Assembly (NCBI GenBank): GCA_018820315.1
Contig: JAHJOQ010000073.1
Coordinates: 13,343-77,342, forward strand
Length of the DNA stretch: 64,000 bases
DNA from: Candidatus Zixiibacteriota bacterium
GTDB lineage: Bacteria; Zixibacteria; MSB-5A5; JAABVY01; JAHJOQ01
Reading direction: 5' to 3'
Under the pieces are notes generated by a model. That model worked only from the letters and a program-made list of their open reading frames with translations, was not told the DNA's origin and did not search any database. This document shows, in pieces, positions 1 through 9,342 of this stretch. The position numbers were made by a program, and so were the translations under genes. Each line of letters starts with the position of its first letter. The first letter of the stretch is position 1.

Positions 1-1650
1 ATGGAGCTCGACTCGGGCAATTATTTCGGCGGGCATTTCGATCCACACCTCGCTGATTATAATGAATTTGTTGTCAAGGAGCTTTTCCCGATATGGCTGC
101 AGGATCAGTACGAAGAGATCAAGGGTCTCAACAAAGTATATTCATCGAAATACAAAGAGTTTCAGGATGTCGAGCCGCCTCTGGAGTTCACGAATGTTCC
201 TCCCAAGCAGATGGCGAAGGTCTTCGACTGGTTCAAGTTCAAAGAGAGCTTGATGGAGAACCACTTGATCGAGCTCAGAGAGATGTACAAGACTTTTTCC
301 TGCGAGCCGATGTTCATCAGAACACTCTCCTTCACAAACGATTTCCAGTCTCCTTTGGACAGTCCGCGGTTGCCGGGTGAAGGCTGTCTGGACAGTGTCT
401 CCCTATCGTGGGATCACACTACGGGCGAGAACCTTAGCCGTGTGAGGCATCTGAGAACTGTATCGGAATTTCCGTATGTCTGCGAACTACCGGTCGGCAA
501 TTGGAGCTACAAACCGGAAAGAAGCAGGGAATACTATCCTATAGGAGCTGATGCCACACGTTACATGATGACTGTGGGATTTGCCGGCGGTGCCAAGGGG
601 GTCAGTTATCACATGTTTGCCGGGCGTGATCACTGGTACGGTTCGGCGCTGGCATCAGATGGGACAATTCAGGATTCGTACGAACTGGTGAAGACCTTTA
701 ATATAAACGCCCAGATGCACGAGATATCTGCATGCAATCCGATCGCGGACATTGGTGTTGTCACATATAAACCGTACGCGTGGGAGTCGCTCCTAAAGTT
801 TGAGAACGAGCACAAGTCGCTGTCGCAGTATCTCCATTCTTATACGATGCCGAAGTTCGGCCGTGATCTGGATATGCTGAAATTCGATTTCGGTGTGCCG
901 TCGCTGAGCAATCCTGCAAGTCTGGACAAGTTTGGTACGCTGGTCATCCCTGTTTCGGATGTTATGGATGAAAAGGAGCAGAACCACATCATTGATCTTG
1001 CGAAGAGTGGTCACAATATTATCCTGATTGGTACGCTGCCTCAGTACGATACTGCAATGCAGCCTTGCACTGTGTTGGTGAAGGCTCTCAGATGCAAGAC
1101 TACTAAAGAGTTTAAGCTGGGGAGAGTCACTGCCGACGGTCAGGAATTCTCATCGATGGTTTTCGGATTCCTGAAGACCACCGAGAAGCGTAAGAAAGTT
1201 CTGGCTAAGGTGGCGCAGAAGGTGGTTGCTCTGTCGTATTCGAAGTACAAGGGGACCGTGGTGCTGATTTCTTTCGATCCCTCCACTGAGACCAATCACC
1301 ACAAGATGACCTTCCTGGAACAGATTCTAAGAAGCTGCAAAATCAAGAGATATGTCGAGACGTCGAACCCGAGGATCAGGGCATTGGTCCATAAAGGTGA
1401 TAAGAAGCTCGTTTTATTCCTGATGAACTCCACTCCTCCGTTACAGTTCAAAGAGGCAGCTGGTGGACTTACTCGTACAGCAGTCAGGTTAGATCTCAAG
1501 GCTCTAGGCTTCAAGGGGGCCAGGATCAAGATGACCGATCTTTTTGCAACCGAGGAAGTAATAAGCACAACCGCTGCCGATCTCTCCAGCGGCCTCTATT
1601 TTACCATGTCCGAACTGGACGGTCGTGCCTATTTGCTGACAAGTCGGTAA
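1..1650 (+). CDS. Hypothetical protein, 5'-truncated at window edge; function unclear (possible glycoside-hydrolase-associated fold)
   Basis: Long uninterrupted ORF (549 aa) running from the window edge. No diagnostic catalytic motif recognised. The segment DLAKSGHNIILIGTLP is vaguely reminiscent of beta-galactosidase trimerisation-type domains. No signal peptide is visible because the N-terminus is missing. Confidence 0.35.
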   Translation: MELDSGNYFGGHFDPHLADYNEFVVKELFPIWLQDQYEEIKGLNKVYSSKYKEFQDVEPPLEFTNVPPKQMAKVFDWFKFKESLMENHLIELREMYKTFSCEPMFIRTLSFTNDFQSPLDSPRLPGEGCLDSVSLSWDHTTGENLSRVRHLRTVSEFPYVCELPVGNWSYKPERSREYYPIGADATRYMMTVGFAGGAKGVSYHMFAGRDHWYGSALASDGTIQDSYELVKTFNINAQMHEISACNPIADIGVVTYKPYAWESLLKFENEHKSLSQYLHSYTMPKFGRDLDMLKFDFGVPSLSNPASLDKFGTLVIPVSDVMDEKEQNHIIDLAKSGHNIILIGTLPQYDTAMQPCTVLVKALRCKTTKEFKLGRVTADGQEFSSMVFGFLKTTEKRKKVLAKVAQKVVALSYSKYKGTVVLISFDPSTETNHHKMTFLEQILRSCKIKRYVETSNPRIRALVHKGDKKLVLFLMNSTPPLQFKEAAGGLTRTAVRLDLKALGFKGARIKMTDLFATEEVISTTAADLSSGLYFTMSELDGRAYLLTSR

Positions 1651-1837
1651 TCGGAGCAGTTTCCCAGACAATTCCGTTCCCAATTCATCCGGAGAACTGG
1701 AATATGTAGACCCGCTTTTCCGGAATAATCGACGTGTACGGGAACATACTCGAAGAATGGACCGTATATATCTTTGGAAGTTGCGCAATTTGGCTTGACA
1801 ATTTGCGATTAGTTCGTATATTACTTGTCTGTCGAGG

Positions 1838-3403
1838 ATGGAGGTGGTTCACTTGCGCGAGAATAAAAGTGTCACCCGGTGGGGGCTTTTTTTTGTTTCA
1901 CTGGCATTAACAGCAATAATCTTCGCTGCCATAGGCTTTGGGGTTTCCAATGTCGTGAGCGTGCGGCGCGATGTAGATCATTCTCTTCCTGCGCCTCAGG
2001 TGACTTATACACAGGCGGTTTCGCTCCCTCCCACGCCGATTACTCAGAGTGGGGAGAGCCCATTCGTTGCGGTGGTCGAGAAGTCTTATGACGCTGTCGT
2101 GAATATCTCCTCCAACCGGCGAGTGCAGTCTCGTTATCACGAAATGTATGACGATTTTTGGCGCCGTTTCTTCAAGATGCCGGACAGAGAGCAGGTAATC
2201 CCTTCATTCGGGTCCGGATTCGTTGTTCGCGACGATGGGTACATTGTCACCAACAATCATGTTGTCGACGGCGGGGAAGATATCACTGTCACTCTATCGG
2301 ACAAGAGCACACACAAGGCGACAGTTGTCGGCGCAGACCAGCCGACTGACCTCGCAGTTTTGAAGATCGAAACCAATAGAAGGCTTCAGACGGTAGAATT
2401 CGGAAATTCATCTGATATGAGGGTGGGTGACTGGGTCCTTGCTATCGGGAATCCTTTCCCATCTCTCGGACTCGATCGAACGGTTACCGTCGGAGTGGTT
2501 TCGGGCAAGGGCAGATCGCAGCTCTCCTTTGGATCGGAGACGCCAATTTATCAGGACTATATACAGACCGACGCATCCATCAACCCGGGTAACTCCGGCG
2601 GGCCGCTGATCAATCTGGAAGGCAAAGTGGTCGGCGTCAATTCCGCGATAGCTTCGCCGAGCGGTGGTTCTGTAGGTATCGGATTTGCAATTCCTTCCGA
2701 CCTGGCTAAGCAGATTGTCTCGGAGATAATAACCGAAGGCAAGGTTGCTCGAGGGTATCTTGGGGTGCTGCCGAGAAATCTCACGACCGATGAGGCGGAG
2801 ATGGTCGGTCTCGATCGGCTCATGGGAGTTTATATTGACGAAGTGACTCCCGGTTCTCCTGCTGCGGTTGGTGGCCTGAGAAATGACGATGTCATATCGA
2901 CATTCAATGGGCAGGAGATCAATGGTGAACAGGATTTTCGCTTGAGAGTCGCCGCCGCCAAGAATGGAGAAGAAGTTAAGCTTGGGATCATAAGACGGGG
3001 CAAGCAGCAGCAGGTGACGGTTGTCCTCGCCGATCGAGAAGCTGCTCTTGCTGACTACACTCCCGCAACACCGAGTACGGGCAATAAGCCGGCGGAATCT
3101 GAGAACGTTTCATCGAACTGGCTTGGGATGACAGTCGCCGATTGCAGTCAAGAGCTTGCATACAGCATGGGTGTGGATTATCATGAGGGTGCAATAGTCG
3201 TTTCGGTGGACGGCAGGTCGCCTGCCGATGTCAAAGGAGTTGTTCCCGGGACAATCATCGTTGAGATCGACTACGTACCAGTAAAAGGGAAGGACGACTT
3301 TGAGAAAGTCGCAAAAGACATTGGAAATAGAGATAGGGCTATAGCATTTCATGTTTTTGATGTGACTGGCCGGATAGGCTATGTTGCCATAAAACCGCAA
3401 TAA
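1838..3403 (+). CDS. degP: DegP/HtrA-family periplasmic serine endoprotease with C-terminal PDZ domain(s)
   Basis: N-terminal hydrophobic anchor. Trypsin-like catalytic triad motifs: TNNHVV (His), DLAVLKI (Asp), GNSGGPL (Ser). PDZ-like region follows (YLGV...EVTPGSPAA). Confidence 0.9.
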   Translation: MEVVHLRENKSVTRWGLFFVSLALTAIIFAAIGFGVSNVVSVRRDVDHSLPAPQVTYTQAVSLPPTPITQSGESPFVAVVEKSYDAVVNISSNRRVQSRYHEMYDDFWRRFFKMPDREQVIPSFGSGFVVRDDGYIVTNNHVVDGGEDITVTLSDKSTHKATVVGADQPTDLAVLKIETNRRLQTVEFGNSSDMRVGDWVLAIGNPFPSLGLDRTVTVGVVSGKGRSQLSFGSETPIYQDYIQTDASINPGNSGGPLINLEGKVVGVNSAIASPSGGSVGIGFAIPSDLAKQIVSEIITEGKVARGYLGVLPRNLTTDEAEMVGLDRLMGVYIDEVTPGSPAAVGGLRNDDVISTFNGQEINGEQDFRLRVAAAKNGEEVKLGIIRRGKQQQVTVVLADREAALADYTPATPSTGNKPAESENVSSNWLGMTVADCSQELAYSMGVDYHEGAIVVSVDGRSPADVKGVVPGTIIVEIDYVPVKGKDDFEKVAKDIGNRDRAIAFHVFDVTGRIGYVAIKPQ

Positions 3404-3459
3404 GAGGCTACGCTTACGTATACCAAGGGAAACCTTTAATCGGGAGGAAGGCTTAATAG

Positions 3460-4314
3460 TTGCCAAGGCAATCGAGAAAATATCGCGACGAAGATAGGTC
3501 ACTTGACCTTTATCTTCGCGAAATCGGTGAGACTCCTCTTTTGAAACCAGAGGAAGAGGTAGAACTGGCTTGCAGGATCCACGATGGAGATCAGGCAGCA
3601 CTTGAGCAACTTACCAAGGCGAACTTGCGTTTTGTTGTCTCAGTAGCCAAACAGTATCAGAATCAGGGTTTGTCACTGGCCGATTTAATTAATGAAGGCA
3701 ATATTGGCCTTATCAAAGCGGCAAAGAGATTTGACGAGACCCGTGGATTCAAGTTCATCTCCTATGCGGTGTGGTGGATCAGACAGGCTATCTTGCAGGC
3801 TCTTGCTGAGCAGTCAAGAATAGTACGGCTTCCTCTTAATCGCGTGGGAACTCTGCACAAAATCGGTAAGATTTCGAGCTCGCTCGAACAGACATATGGC
3901 AGAGAGCCCTCGCCGGACGAAATAGCGGAAGAGTTAGAGCTGACTACGGCGGAAGTTTCCGATACGCTCAAGATATCGAACACGCATTTATCGCTCGACG
4001 CTCCTTTCTCTTCTTCTGAGGATAACAGTCTCATCGATGTTCTGGAGGATGAATTTCAGCCTGCCCCAGACGAAGCTCTGCTCCAGCATTCTCTGAAGCT
4101 CGAAATCGAGAAAGCGCTGGAAACACTCACGCCGCGCGAGGCAGAGGTTATCAATCTTTATTTCGGGTTGAGCCATGAAAAAGCTCTGACTCTGGAAGAG
4201 ATTGGAGCCCGTTTCGCGTTGACTCGTGAAAGAGTCCGGCAGATCAAGGAAAAGGCAATTCGCAGGCTTAGGCACGCCTCCAGGTCGAGATCTCTGAGAG
4301 CATACCTCAGCTAA
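3460..4314 (+). CDS. Sigma-70 family RNA polymerase sigma factor (RpoD/RpoS-like; regions 1.2, 2, 3 and 4 present; no long region 1.1)
   Basis: TTG start with GGGAGGAAGG RBS. Region 2 motifs [17 protein letters not shown] and [13 protein letters not shown] are present. Region 4 HTH is [20 protein letters not shown]. At 284 aa it is too short for a typical primary sigma. Confidence 0.85.
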   Translation: MPRQSRKYRDEDRSLDLYLREIGETPLLKPEEEVELACRIHDGDQAALEQLTKANLRFVVSVAKQYQNQGLSLADLINEGNIGLIKAAKRFDETRGFKFISYAVWWIRQAILQALAEQSRIVRLPLNRVGTLHKIGKISSSLEQTYGREPSPDEIAEELELTTAEVSDTLKISNTHLSLDAPFSSSEDNSLIDVLEDEFQPAPDEALLQHSLKLEIEKALETLTPREAEVINLYFGLSHEKALTLEEIGARFALTRERVRQIKEKAIRRLRHASRSRSLRAYLS

Positions 4315-4341
4315 ACAAGATTAAGGTACCTAATTAGAAGA

Positions 4342-4375
4342 AGAGGGAAGGCAGAACGCCTTCCCTCTCTTAGTT
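4342..4375. terminator. Bidirectional Rho-independent terminator between convergent genes
   Basis: Perfect 11 bp stem AGAGGGAAGGC / GCCTTCCCTCT with 5 nt loop, followed by CTCTTAGTTT. Lies between the stop of the sigma gene (+) and the stop of the DUF4097 gene (-). Confidence 0.6.
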
Positions 4376-4417
4376 TCCGCAAGCTTCGGATAGATTCAAA
4401 TTCGAAAACTTTGCTGA

Positions 4418-5284
4418 TCACCTCACGTCGATGTTTGCCGAGCCCATTCCAACCTGTAGAGTAATCTCAAGATGCCCTTCTGCATCATCCCAGTTCCTTG
4501 ACTCATAGAAGTCGCGCTCAATCTCCTCGAAATGCCTCTTCGGGATATCAATCGAGGAGAGAAATGTGTCCTCGGCATAGATTCTCACGCCAATGTGCTC
4601 CGGTACGATTATATTTACCGATCCCAATCCGACAGAAATGTCCGCTTCTGCATCGAAATCGAACTTGCCGGAGAAATCGATGTCAGAGGATCCGACGCCA
4701 CCTTTGAACTTGAGCATTCCGAAACGCGCATTTCCGAGTTCTTCGAGCGTGACCGAACTCGCTCCGGCATCCACCACAATTCTGTCCAGTTCGCAACCAT
4801 TCAGCTCTTCGAAGCTGATGTTGCAGTCCGCAGCCCCGATATCGAGCCAGAGGCGTCTCACTGACAGTCCTCCGAGTCGCATTTCACAGGATGCGGCACC
4901 AATATCGACTTTAAACTCAATGGGGATACGGTCGGTTAATCCTAATCTCCATTCATTGTCAACATCCCGGTCATGCCAGTTGCCGCTCTCGGCAGAAATG
5001 TCAAAATACAGCCGCCCTTCGCGTTTATTCTTGCGGTAATCGTAATCGTACTCGAATCGCTCGTCCTCGTAATCACCTTCAAGGCGAAATGCCTTGTCTG
5101 GATCACAGGCGTCGATGAAAAGCTCACCCAAGCCGAAATCAATCTCAATATCGAGCGCCTCTTCATCAGTGAGGACAACTTCTTTCTCCTCCGTCACCAT
5201 TTCGCCTATGGCTGATGATGCGAACAGGAACGCAGCAATCAGCGTCGAAAATGTGAGAGCAGTTCTGTTTCCAGTCATGATCAA
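4418..5284 (-). CDS. DUF4097/DUF2154 'toast-rack' (LiaG-like putative adhesin) domain protein with N-terminal signal peptide
   Basis: Signal peptide MIMTGNRTALTFSTLIAAFLFASSA. Repeated beta-strand units of the form VDIGAASCEM / LDIGAADCNI / VDAGASSVTL / GGVGSSDIDF are typical of the DUF4097 repeating fold. The start overlaps the upstream membrane-protein gene by 4 nt. Confidence 0.6.
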   Translation of the reverse strand: MIMTGNRTALTFSTLIAAFLFASSAIGEMVTEEKEVVLTDEEALDIEIDFGLGELFIDACDPDKAFRLEGDYEDERFEYDYDYRKNKREGRLYFDISAESGNWHDRDVDNEWRLGLTDRIPIEFKVDIGAASCEMRLGGLSVRRLWLDIGAADCNISFEELNGCELDRIVVDAGASSVTLEELGNARFGMLKFKGGVGSSDIDFSGKFDFDAEADISVGLGSVNIIVPEHIGVRIYAEDTFLSSIDIPKRHFEEIERDFYESRNWDDAEGHLEITLQVGMGSANIDVR

Positions 5285-6576
5285 TTCTCCTGCACAGCGT
5301 CGGGCAAGACTGTCTCGTCGCCGCCCAAGCCACCGTTACGCGTCGAATCGCTGCTTCCGGCGCAGTTGCCTATGTCTTTGGGGCGAGTCCCAAATCGCGA
5401 GAACCAGATTGCTCCATATCCGATACAGAGCACAGCTGCAACTACGGCTGTGCCGAATCCAAAGAAAATACCAGAGGCAACTTCAGCCCCTGTCACCTGG
5501 AAGAACCCGGAAATGAGCCACAGCAACATGAAAGCAATGACTCCCATTATCATAGTCATGAATCTGGATGTGAACCTGAGACTGCCGGAGGTTTTTCCGA
5601 GTCGCTGGCCAATATAGTGCGCAGTCCCTACCGTCCCCAGTATGGTTGCGCCTACTATCGCAAATGGATATATCAACACGGCTACCGGAATGCCAACAAT
5701 AGTGATGCAGAGTAGCACAAAGAAGGGACCTATTCCGAGAACCAGGAGAAAGCCCACCAGCAGGTTCTTTGCGGCACCTCTTTCAATCTGATACTTGATG
5801 CGCTCCACAGGCCTGCGGAATATCACCATGACCAGGAATGAGAAGACTACAATATAGAGCGCCACCATGAACCAAGTGAAAAGTCCCGGCAGACCTATGT
5901 CACCGCCGGACGGGAACGGGAAATATTTGGGGTCGAACTTCTTGAATCGTCCCTGGACTTCCGCACCCGGGTCTTTCTGAATCCTCTTTGCAACAACATC
6001 GCCTGTCACAATCGCGTTTGGTCCCAGAGTGACTGACCCGGTAGAGAATATCGTACCATCGATCACGCCATCGACTGTTACATTTCCGCCGACACAAACA
6101 ACGTCACCGTCCACTTCATCATCGTATGCTATGTAGACATCGCCGAATTCAACGATAGGCGGCTTTCCACTTCCGGGTTGTGGTGCGTCATATGGTGGAT
6201 CGTAGTCGAGTTCGTCTTGAGGCGGTTGAAAAACATACTCGTTGCCATCTACGTCGGTTGCGCGGATGCCATCATCGTCGATACGGATTTCAACGAACTT
6301 CTTGCCCTCAAAATACAACTCGTCAAGAGCACCTGATTCGTCGAGAGCATCCAATTCGTCCAAAGCGTCGAGGGCCTCCTGTCGCTGGAGTTCTTCTAGC
6401 TCCTGCGCCTTCTCAGACTGATCTCTCGCCTTGTCAAGAGACTCCGACTGATCAAGTTCCTGAAGGATAGAATCGATTTCTTCGACATCGGGAGCGGGCG
6501 GCGGTTCAGGTGGCGCCGGCAGTCCGACCGGGACCAGAACAGCCATAATCAGCAGTATGAGGAGCGCACGGGTCAA
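5281..6576 (-). CDS. Membrane protein: signal/anchor, acidic coiled-coil segment, bactofilin-like (COG1664 polymer-forming) beta-helix segment, C-terminal polytopic (about 5 TM) domain; candidate ECF anti-sigma/sensor partner
   Basis: N-terminal hydrophobic segment MTRALLILLIMAVLVPVGL followed by a Pro-rich stretch. EELQRQEALDALDELDALDE coiled-coil. GDVVCVGGNVTVDGVIDGTIFSTGSVTLGPNAIVTGDVVAK resembles bactofilin/CcmA beta-helix repeats. Several long hydrophobic helices follow in the C-terminal 200 aa. Lies in an operon between an ECF sigma and the DUF4097 gene. Confidence 0.5.
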   Translation of the reverse strand: MTRALLILLIMAVLVPVGLPAPPEPPPAPDVEEIDSILQELDQSESLDKARDQSEKAQELEELQRQEALDALDELDALDESGALDELYFEGKKFVEIRIDDDGIRATDVDGNEYVFQPPQDELDYDPPYDAPQPGSGKPPIVEFGDVYIAYDDEVDGDVVCVGGNVTVDGVIDGTIFSTGSVTLGPNAIVTGDVVAKRIQKDPGAEVQGRFKKFDPKYFPFPSGGDIGLPGLFTWFMVALYIVVFSFLVMVIFRRPVERIKYQIERGAAKNLLVGFLLVLGIGPFFVLLCITIVGIPVAVLIYPFAIVGATILGTVGTAHYIGQRLGKTSGSLRFTSRFMTMIMGVIAFMLLWLISGFFQVTGAEVASGIFFGFGTAVVAAVLCIGYGAIWFSRFGTRPKDIGNCAGSSDSTRNGGLGGDETVLPDAVQEN

Positions 6577-6701
6577 GATTACCTCTGCTTTTCGTCCAGT
6601 TCAGAGCTGGAACTTAAGTCTGAGTTGACAAATTGGAGATTGGCTACGACTTGCCAGGGAAGATTAGACAATGTTAATGTTTTCTTGCACATGGCTTTGT
6701 C

Positions 6702-7286
6702 CTACCGAATCGACTTGAGCTTCTTCTTCAGCAGCTCTCGCGCTCTGAATATTCGTGCCTTGACTGTCCCGACAGGTGTACCAAGTATATCGGCGATCTC
6801 TTCATACGACTTGTCGTCCCTGTGCCTGTAGATGATAACCTCCCGATACTTGTCCGGCAGTGAATCAATAGCCTCGTCAATGGACTGGAGCTTCTGCTTT
6901 CGAACCAGGTTTCGCTCCGGGTCCCATGTCCGGTCGGGCAACTCGAATTCTACCTGACCATCCTTGGTTTGGATTGGCCTGTCAAGCGACAACGCCTCAA
7001 TCCGTTTCTTCCGCACGAAGTCTATTGCACAGTTGGCGGCGATTTTGTACAGCCACGTCGAGAATCGGTATTCGGAGCGATATGAAGCAAGTGCATTGAA
7101 GGCCTTCATGAAGGTCTCCTGCACAAGATCCTGCGCTTCATCCTGATTCCTGACGATCTTCGTGACTACATGGAATATCGCCTTTCTGTGTCTGACCAAA
7201 AGGGACTCATAGGCTTTCTGATCGCCCTCAAGAGCCCTGGCAATCAGAAGATCGTCTTGAACCTGCTTTTCTGGTCCCTCTGCCAT
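6702..7286 (-). CDS. ECF-subfamily RNA polymerase sigma factor (sigma-70 regions 2 and 4)
   Basis: Region 2 motif DLVQETFMKAFNALASYRSEYRFSTWLYKIAANCAIDFVRKKR. Region 4 HTH motif SYEEIADILGTPVGTVKARIFRARELLKK. 194 aa. Confidence 0.9.
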   Translation of the reverse strand: MAEGPEKQVQDDLLIARALEGDQKAYESLLVRHRKAIFHVVTKIVRNQDEAQDLVQETFMKAFNALASYRSEYRFSTWLYKIAANCAIDFVRKKRIEALSLDRPIQTKDGQVEFELPDRTWDPERNLVRKQKLQSIDEAIDSLPDKYREVIIYRHRDDKSYEEIADILGTPVGTVKARIFRARELLKKKLKSIR

Positions 7287-7289
7287 GAA

Positions 7290-7315
7290 CTTACGATTCC
7301 CGTAGCACTATGTTT
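7290..7315 (-). promoter_or_regulatory. Candidate ECF (sigmaW-type) autoregulatory promoter TGAAAC-N16-CGTA abutting the ECF sigma start codon (implies leaderless or very short leader)
   Basis: On the minus strand the sequence TGAAACatagtgctacgggaatCGTAagtATG ends at the ATG of the ECF sigma gene. This is an exact match to the B. subtilis sigmaW-type consensus TGAAAC-N16-CGTA. No RBS is present, consistent with a leaderless transcript. Confidence 0.4.
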
Positions 7316-7761
7316 CACAAATTCAAGCTGTAAAATAGATTGCATCACCACAAAATACAAACAAAATCTGTTTCTCACCTGTTAGCCTCGATCTGACCGC
7401 TCTGTTTCAATCCTCAACTGATGGTCTTGAATGTGATTAGCTCGCTGCATCGCATTTGGATCGGTTTGAGGCTCACATTTTCAGTGTCTGATCGAGCAAG
7501 GCTTGCCATGACGATAGTTATGGTCGATGTTCCAGACTCTTAGCGAGTAGTGAGGCCGTCCGGTCCGGTGAGGCGCGACGGGCTGAGACAATTTGATGGG
7601 CGCGAGCGTCGAATGACGTCTCGATCTCAATGCACTCGATGCCAGGAGAAGGCCGGGAATACGCCACTATGTTGATAAAATCCCATTATTTATGGATAGA
7701 AACCACTTCGAAGACCAAGTCTTTCGGCAACCATTCGGATCGTCTTGTGCGCATGTGGGTA

Positions 7762-7787
7762 TAACATATTGTCTTGCAATATGTTAC
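7762..7787. promoter_or_regulatory. Perfect 10 bp inverted repeat (TAACATATTG-N6-CAATATGTTA) in a long intergenic region; candidate operator/regulator binding site or RNA hairpin
   Basis: Read directly from sequence: TAACATATTG tcttgc CAATATGTTA. AT-rich and dyad-symmetric, inside a roughly 900 bp non-coding stretch between two divergently organised gene groups. Confidence 0.35.
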
Positions 7788-7931
7788 TGTACTGCGCGAT
7801 TGATCGGATTTTGAGCAGCTTTGCGGCAATCCTCTTGCTCAATACCTGTGAGAGGTCAATTATCGAAATGCAAAACCGATAAATCTGTTAGGGACTTTGC
7901 CCTGACAGAACGGCTGGAAGGGTGAAGTAAA

Positions 7932-8072
7932 ATGGGCAAGGGAAGAAAAGACACATTCAAGCTGCCAAAGAAGACATTTTGGCATTTGTACAGTCTTCAG
8001 GGTCTCGAATCTGAGAAGTTTGTCAAAGTGGTGAACAAGATCCTGAAAAAAGAGTTTACACTGATTAAGTAA
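7932..8072 (+). CDS. Small ORF (46 aa), very lysine-rich basic peptide; hypothetical
   Basis: ATG preceded by GGAAGGGTGA. Translation is MGKGRKDTFKLPKKTFWHLYSLQGLESEKFVKVVNKILKKEFTLIK. It falls below the ORF-track length cutoff and no homolog is recognisable by eye. Confidence 0.25.
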   Translation: MGKGRKDTFKLPKKTFWHLYSLQGLESEKFVKVVNKILKKEFTLIK

Positions 8073-8185
8073 CAAAAGGCCGTTTTGGCGGCAAGTCGGC
8101 AGCTTGTTTCGGCGTTAGGAAGTCCTTTGGGAAGCGACGGGGCTTGCTAAAATGCCCTCAGGGATGAAGGTAGTCGAAATATTTC

Positions 8186-8214
8186 TTGACAAAACAGTTC
8201 AACACTGATAACAT
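8186..8214 (+). promoter_or_regulatory. Sigma-70-like promoter (TTGACA-17-TAACAT) upstream of the M23 peptidase gene
   Basis: TTGACA at 8186-8191, a 17 nt spacer, then TAACAT at 8209-8214. The GAGGA RBS and ATG at 8250 follow. Confidence 0.5.
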
Positions 8215-8249
8215 GCACGGAAATTTTGGCCGTGGTAGAGGACGCGCGA

Positions 8250-9179
8250 ATGCAACGTAGGAAATACACCATACTTGTCATCCCCAATGGGAAGGGCAAG
8301 TCTTACCGTTTCTCGGTCGATTCAGTTATCCTGACATCACTCGCAGCATTCTCGATAATATTCGCCGCGTTCACTTTCTTCTTCTCGTACGATTATTTCT
8401 TCGAACAATTTGACAAGAGCAAGCTGGCACATCTTCAGTCAGAAAAAGTACTCTTGTGCAATAAAATAGATGGCATGAGCAGCACGATCATCGATCTGCA
8501 GGATAGCTATGAGAACATTGTCGATAAAGAAAAGGCTATCCGCGCGATATTCGATTTGCCAGATATCGACCCGCAGGAAAGACAGCTCGGTATCGGTGGT
8601 CCGGAACTGTTCGATTACACAGATAAGAGCGACGCGGAAATGCTGGCGTACCAGACCGAATCAGAAATCGATGAGCTGGTACGGCTCTCGACTTTTGAGA
8701 CGCAGCAGTTCAAAGCAATTTATGAGAAACTTCTGGATAAGAAGGATGACCTGGATCACATGCCGTCGATCATGCCATGTGCCGGTTATCTCACGCGCGG
8801 GTACGGAATCAAGAAGCATCCCATTTCCGGTTTCAAGAGTCTGCACGCAGGTCTCGACATCGCCAATCGCACGGGGACTCCGGTGTATGCTACCGCCAGC
8901 GGTGTTGTCTCGTCAGTCGGCAACAATGGACGGCTCGGGAAGACAGTCGTGATTGATCACGGCAACGGCATCAAGACGAAATATGGCCATCTCAATAAAT
9001 ACACTGTCAAGAAGGGCACGAAAGTCAACCGTGGCGACAAGATCGCCGAGATGGGAAGCACCGGTTATTCCACCGGCACTCACCTGCACTACGAAGTACA
9101 ACTCAACGGCCAGTCGGTCAATCCTCAGAAATTTGTTCTGTCACCCGAGATGGTGAACGAGCATTCTTCGGTTTACTAG
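8250..9179 (+). CDS. M23/LytM-family murein endopeptidase with N-terminal membrane anchor and coiled-coil region (EnvC/MepM-like)
   Basis: M23 catalytic motifs HAGLDIA and GSTGYSTGTHLHYEV. TM helix ILTSLAAFSIIFAAFTFFF. The likely start is ATG at 8250 (GAGGA RBS); an alternative upstream ATG is at 8226. Confidence 0.85.
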   Translation: MQRRKYTILVIPNGKGKSYRFSVDSVILTSLAAFSIIFAAFTFFFSYDYFFEQFDKSKLAHLQSEKVLLCNKIDGMSSTIIDLQDSYENIVDKEKAIRAIFDLPDIDPQERQLGIGGPELFDYTDKSDAEMLAYQTESEIDELVRLSTFETQQFKAIYEKLLDKKDDLDHMPSIMPCAGYLTRGYGIKKHPISGFKSLHAGLDIANRTGTPVYATASGVVSSVGNNGRLGKTVVIDHGNGIKTKYGHLNKYTVKKGTKVNRGDKIAEMGSTGYSTGTHLHYEVQLNGQSVNPQKFVLSPEMVNEHSSVY

Positions 9180-9263
9180 ATTCTCCCTACATATATTTGA
9201 TTGCGTGGAGCGGGTTAATTCCTTGCGGATTGGGTGATACTATCTTGGGCACTCGCATATTAT

Positions 9264-9300
9264 AACCACGCCTCGCGTTGTGCGTGGCGTGGTTTTGATT
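9264..9300. terminator. Bidirectional Rho-independent terminator between convergent genes
   Basis: Perfect 9 bp stem AACCACGCC / GGCGTGGTT with 13 nt loop, followed by TTTTGATTT. The M23 gene ends at 9179 (+) and the dockerin-like protein gene ends at 9343 (-). Confidence 0.6.
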
Positions 9301-9342
9301 TACTCAATGTCCGAATGGCTCACAATTCTCGCCAGGTGCATT

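Noticed and set aside
62-380. Two overlapping small ORFs (63 and 95 aa) in alternative frames inside the first large ORF
   Set aside because: Fully embedded in a long, better-supported ORF. Arg/Ser-rich translations typical of off-frame reads of GC-moderate coding DNA.
7287-8225. Possible tmRNA, SRP RNA, RNase P RNA or 6S RNA in the long intergenic region
   Set aside because: Checked by eye for hallmark motifs: tmRNA GGGGCUGAUUCUGGAUUCGAC and the ...UCCACCA 3' end, SRP AGGUCCGGAAGGAAGCAGCC, and RNase P AGGAAAGUCCGGGCUC. Only partial or fortuitous matches such as GGAAGTCCTTTGGG were found. This cannot be excluded without a covariance-model search.
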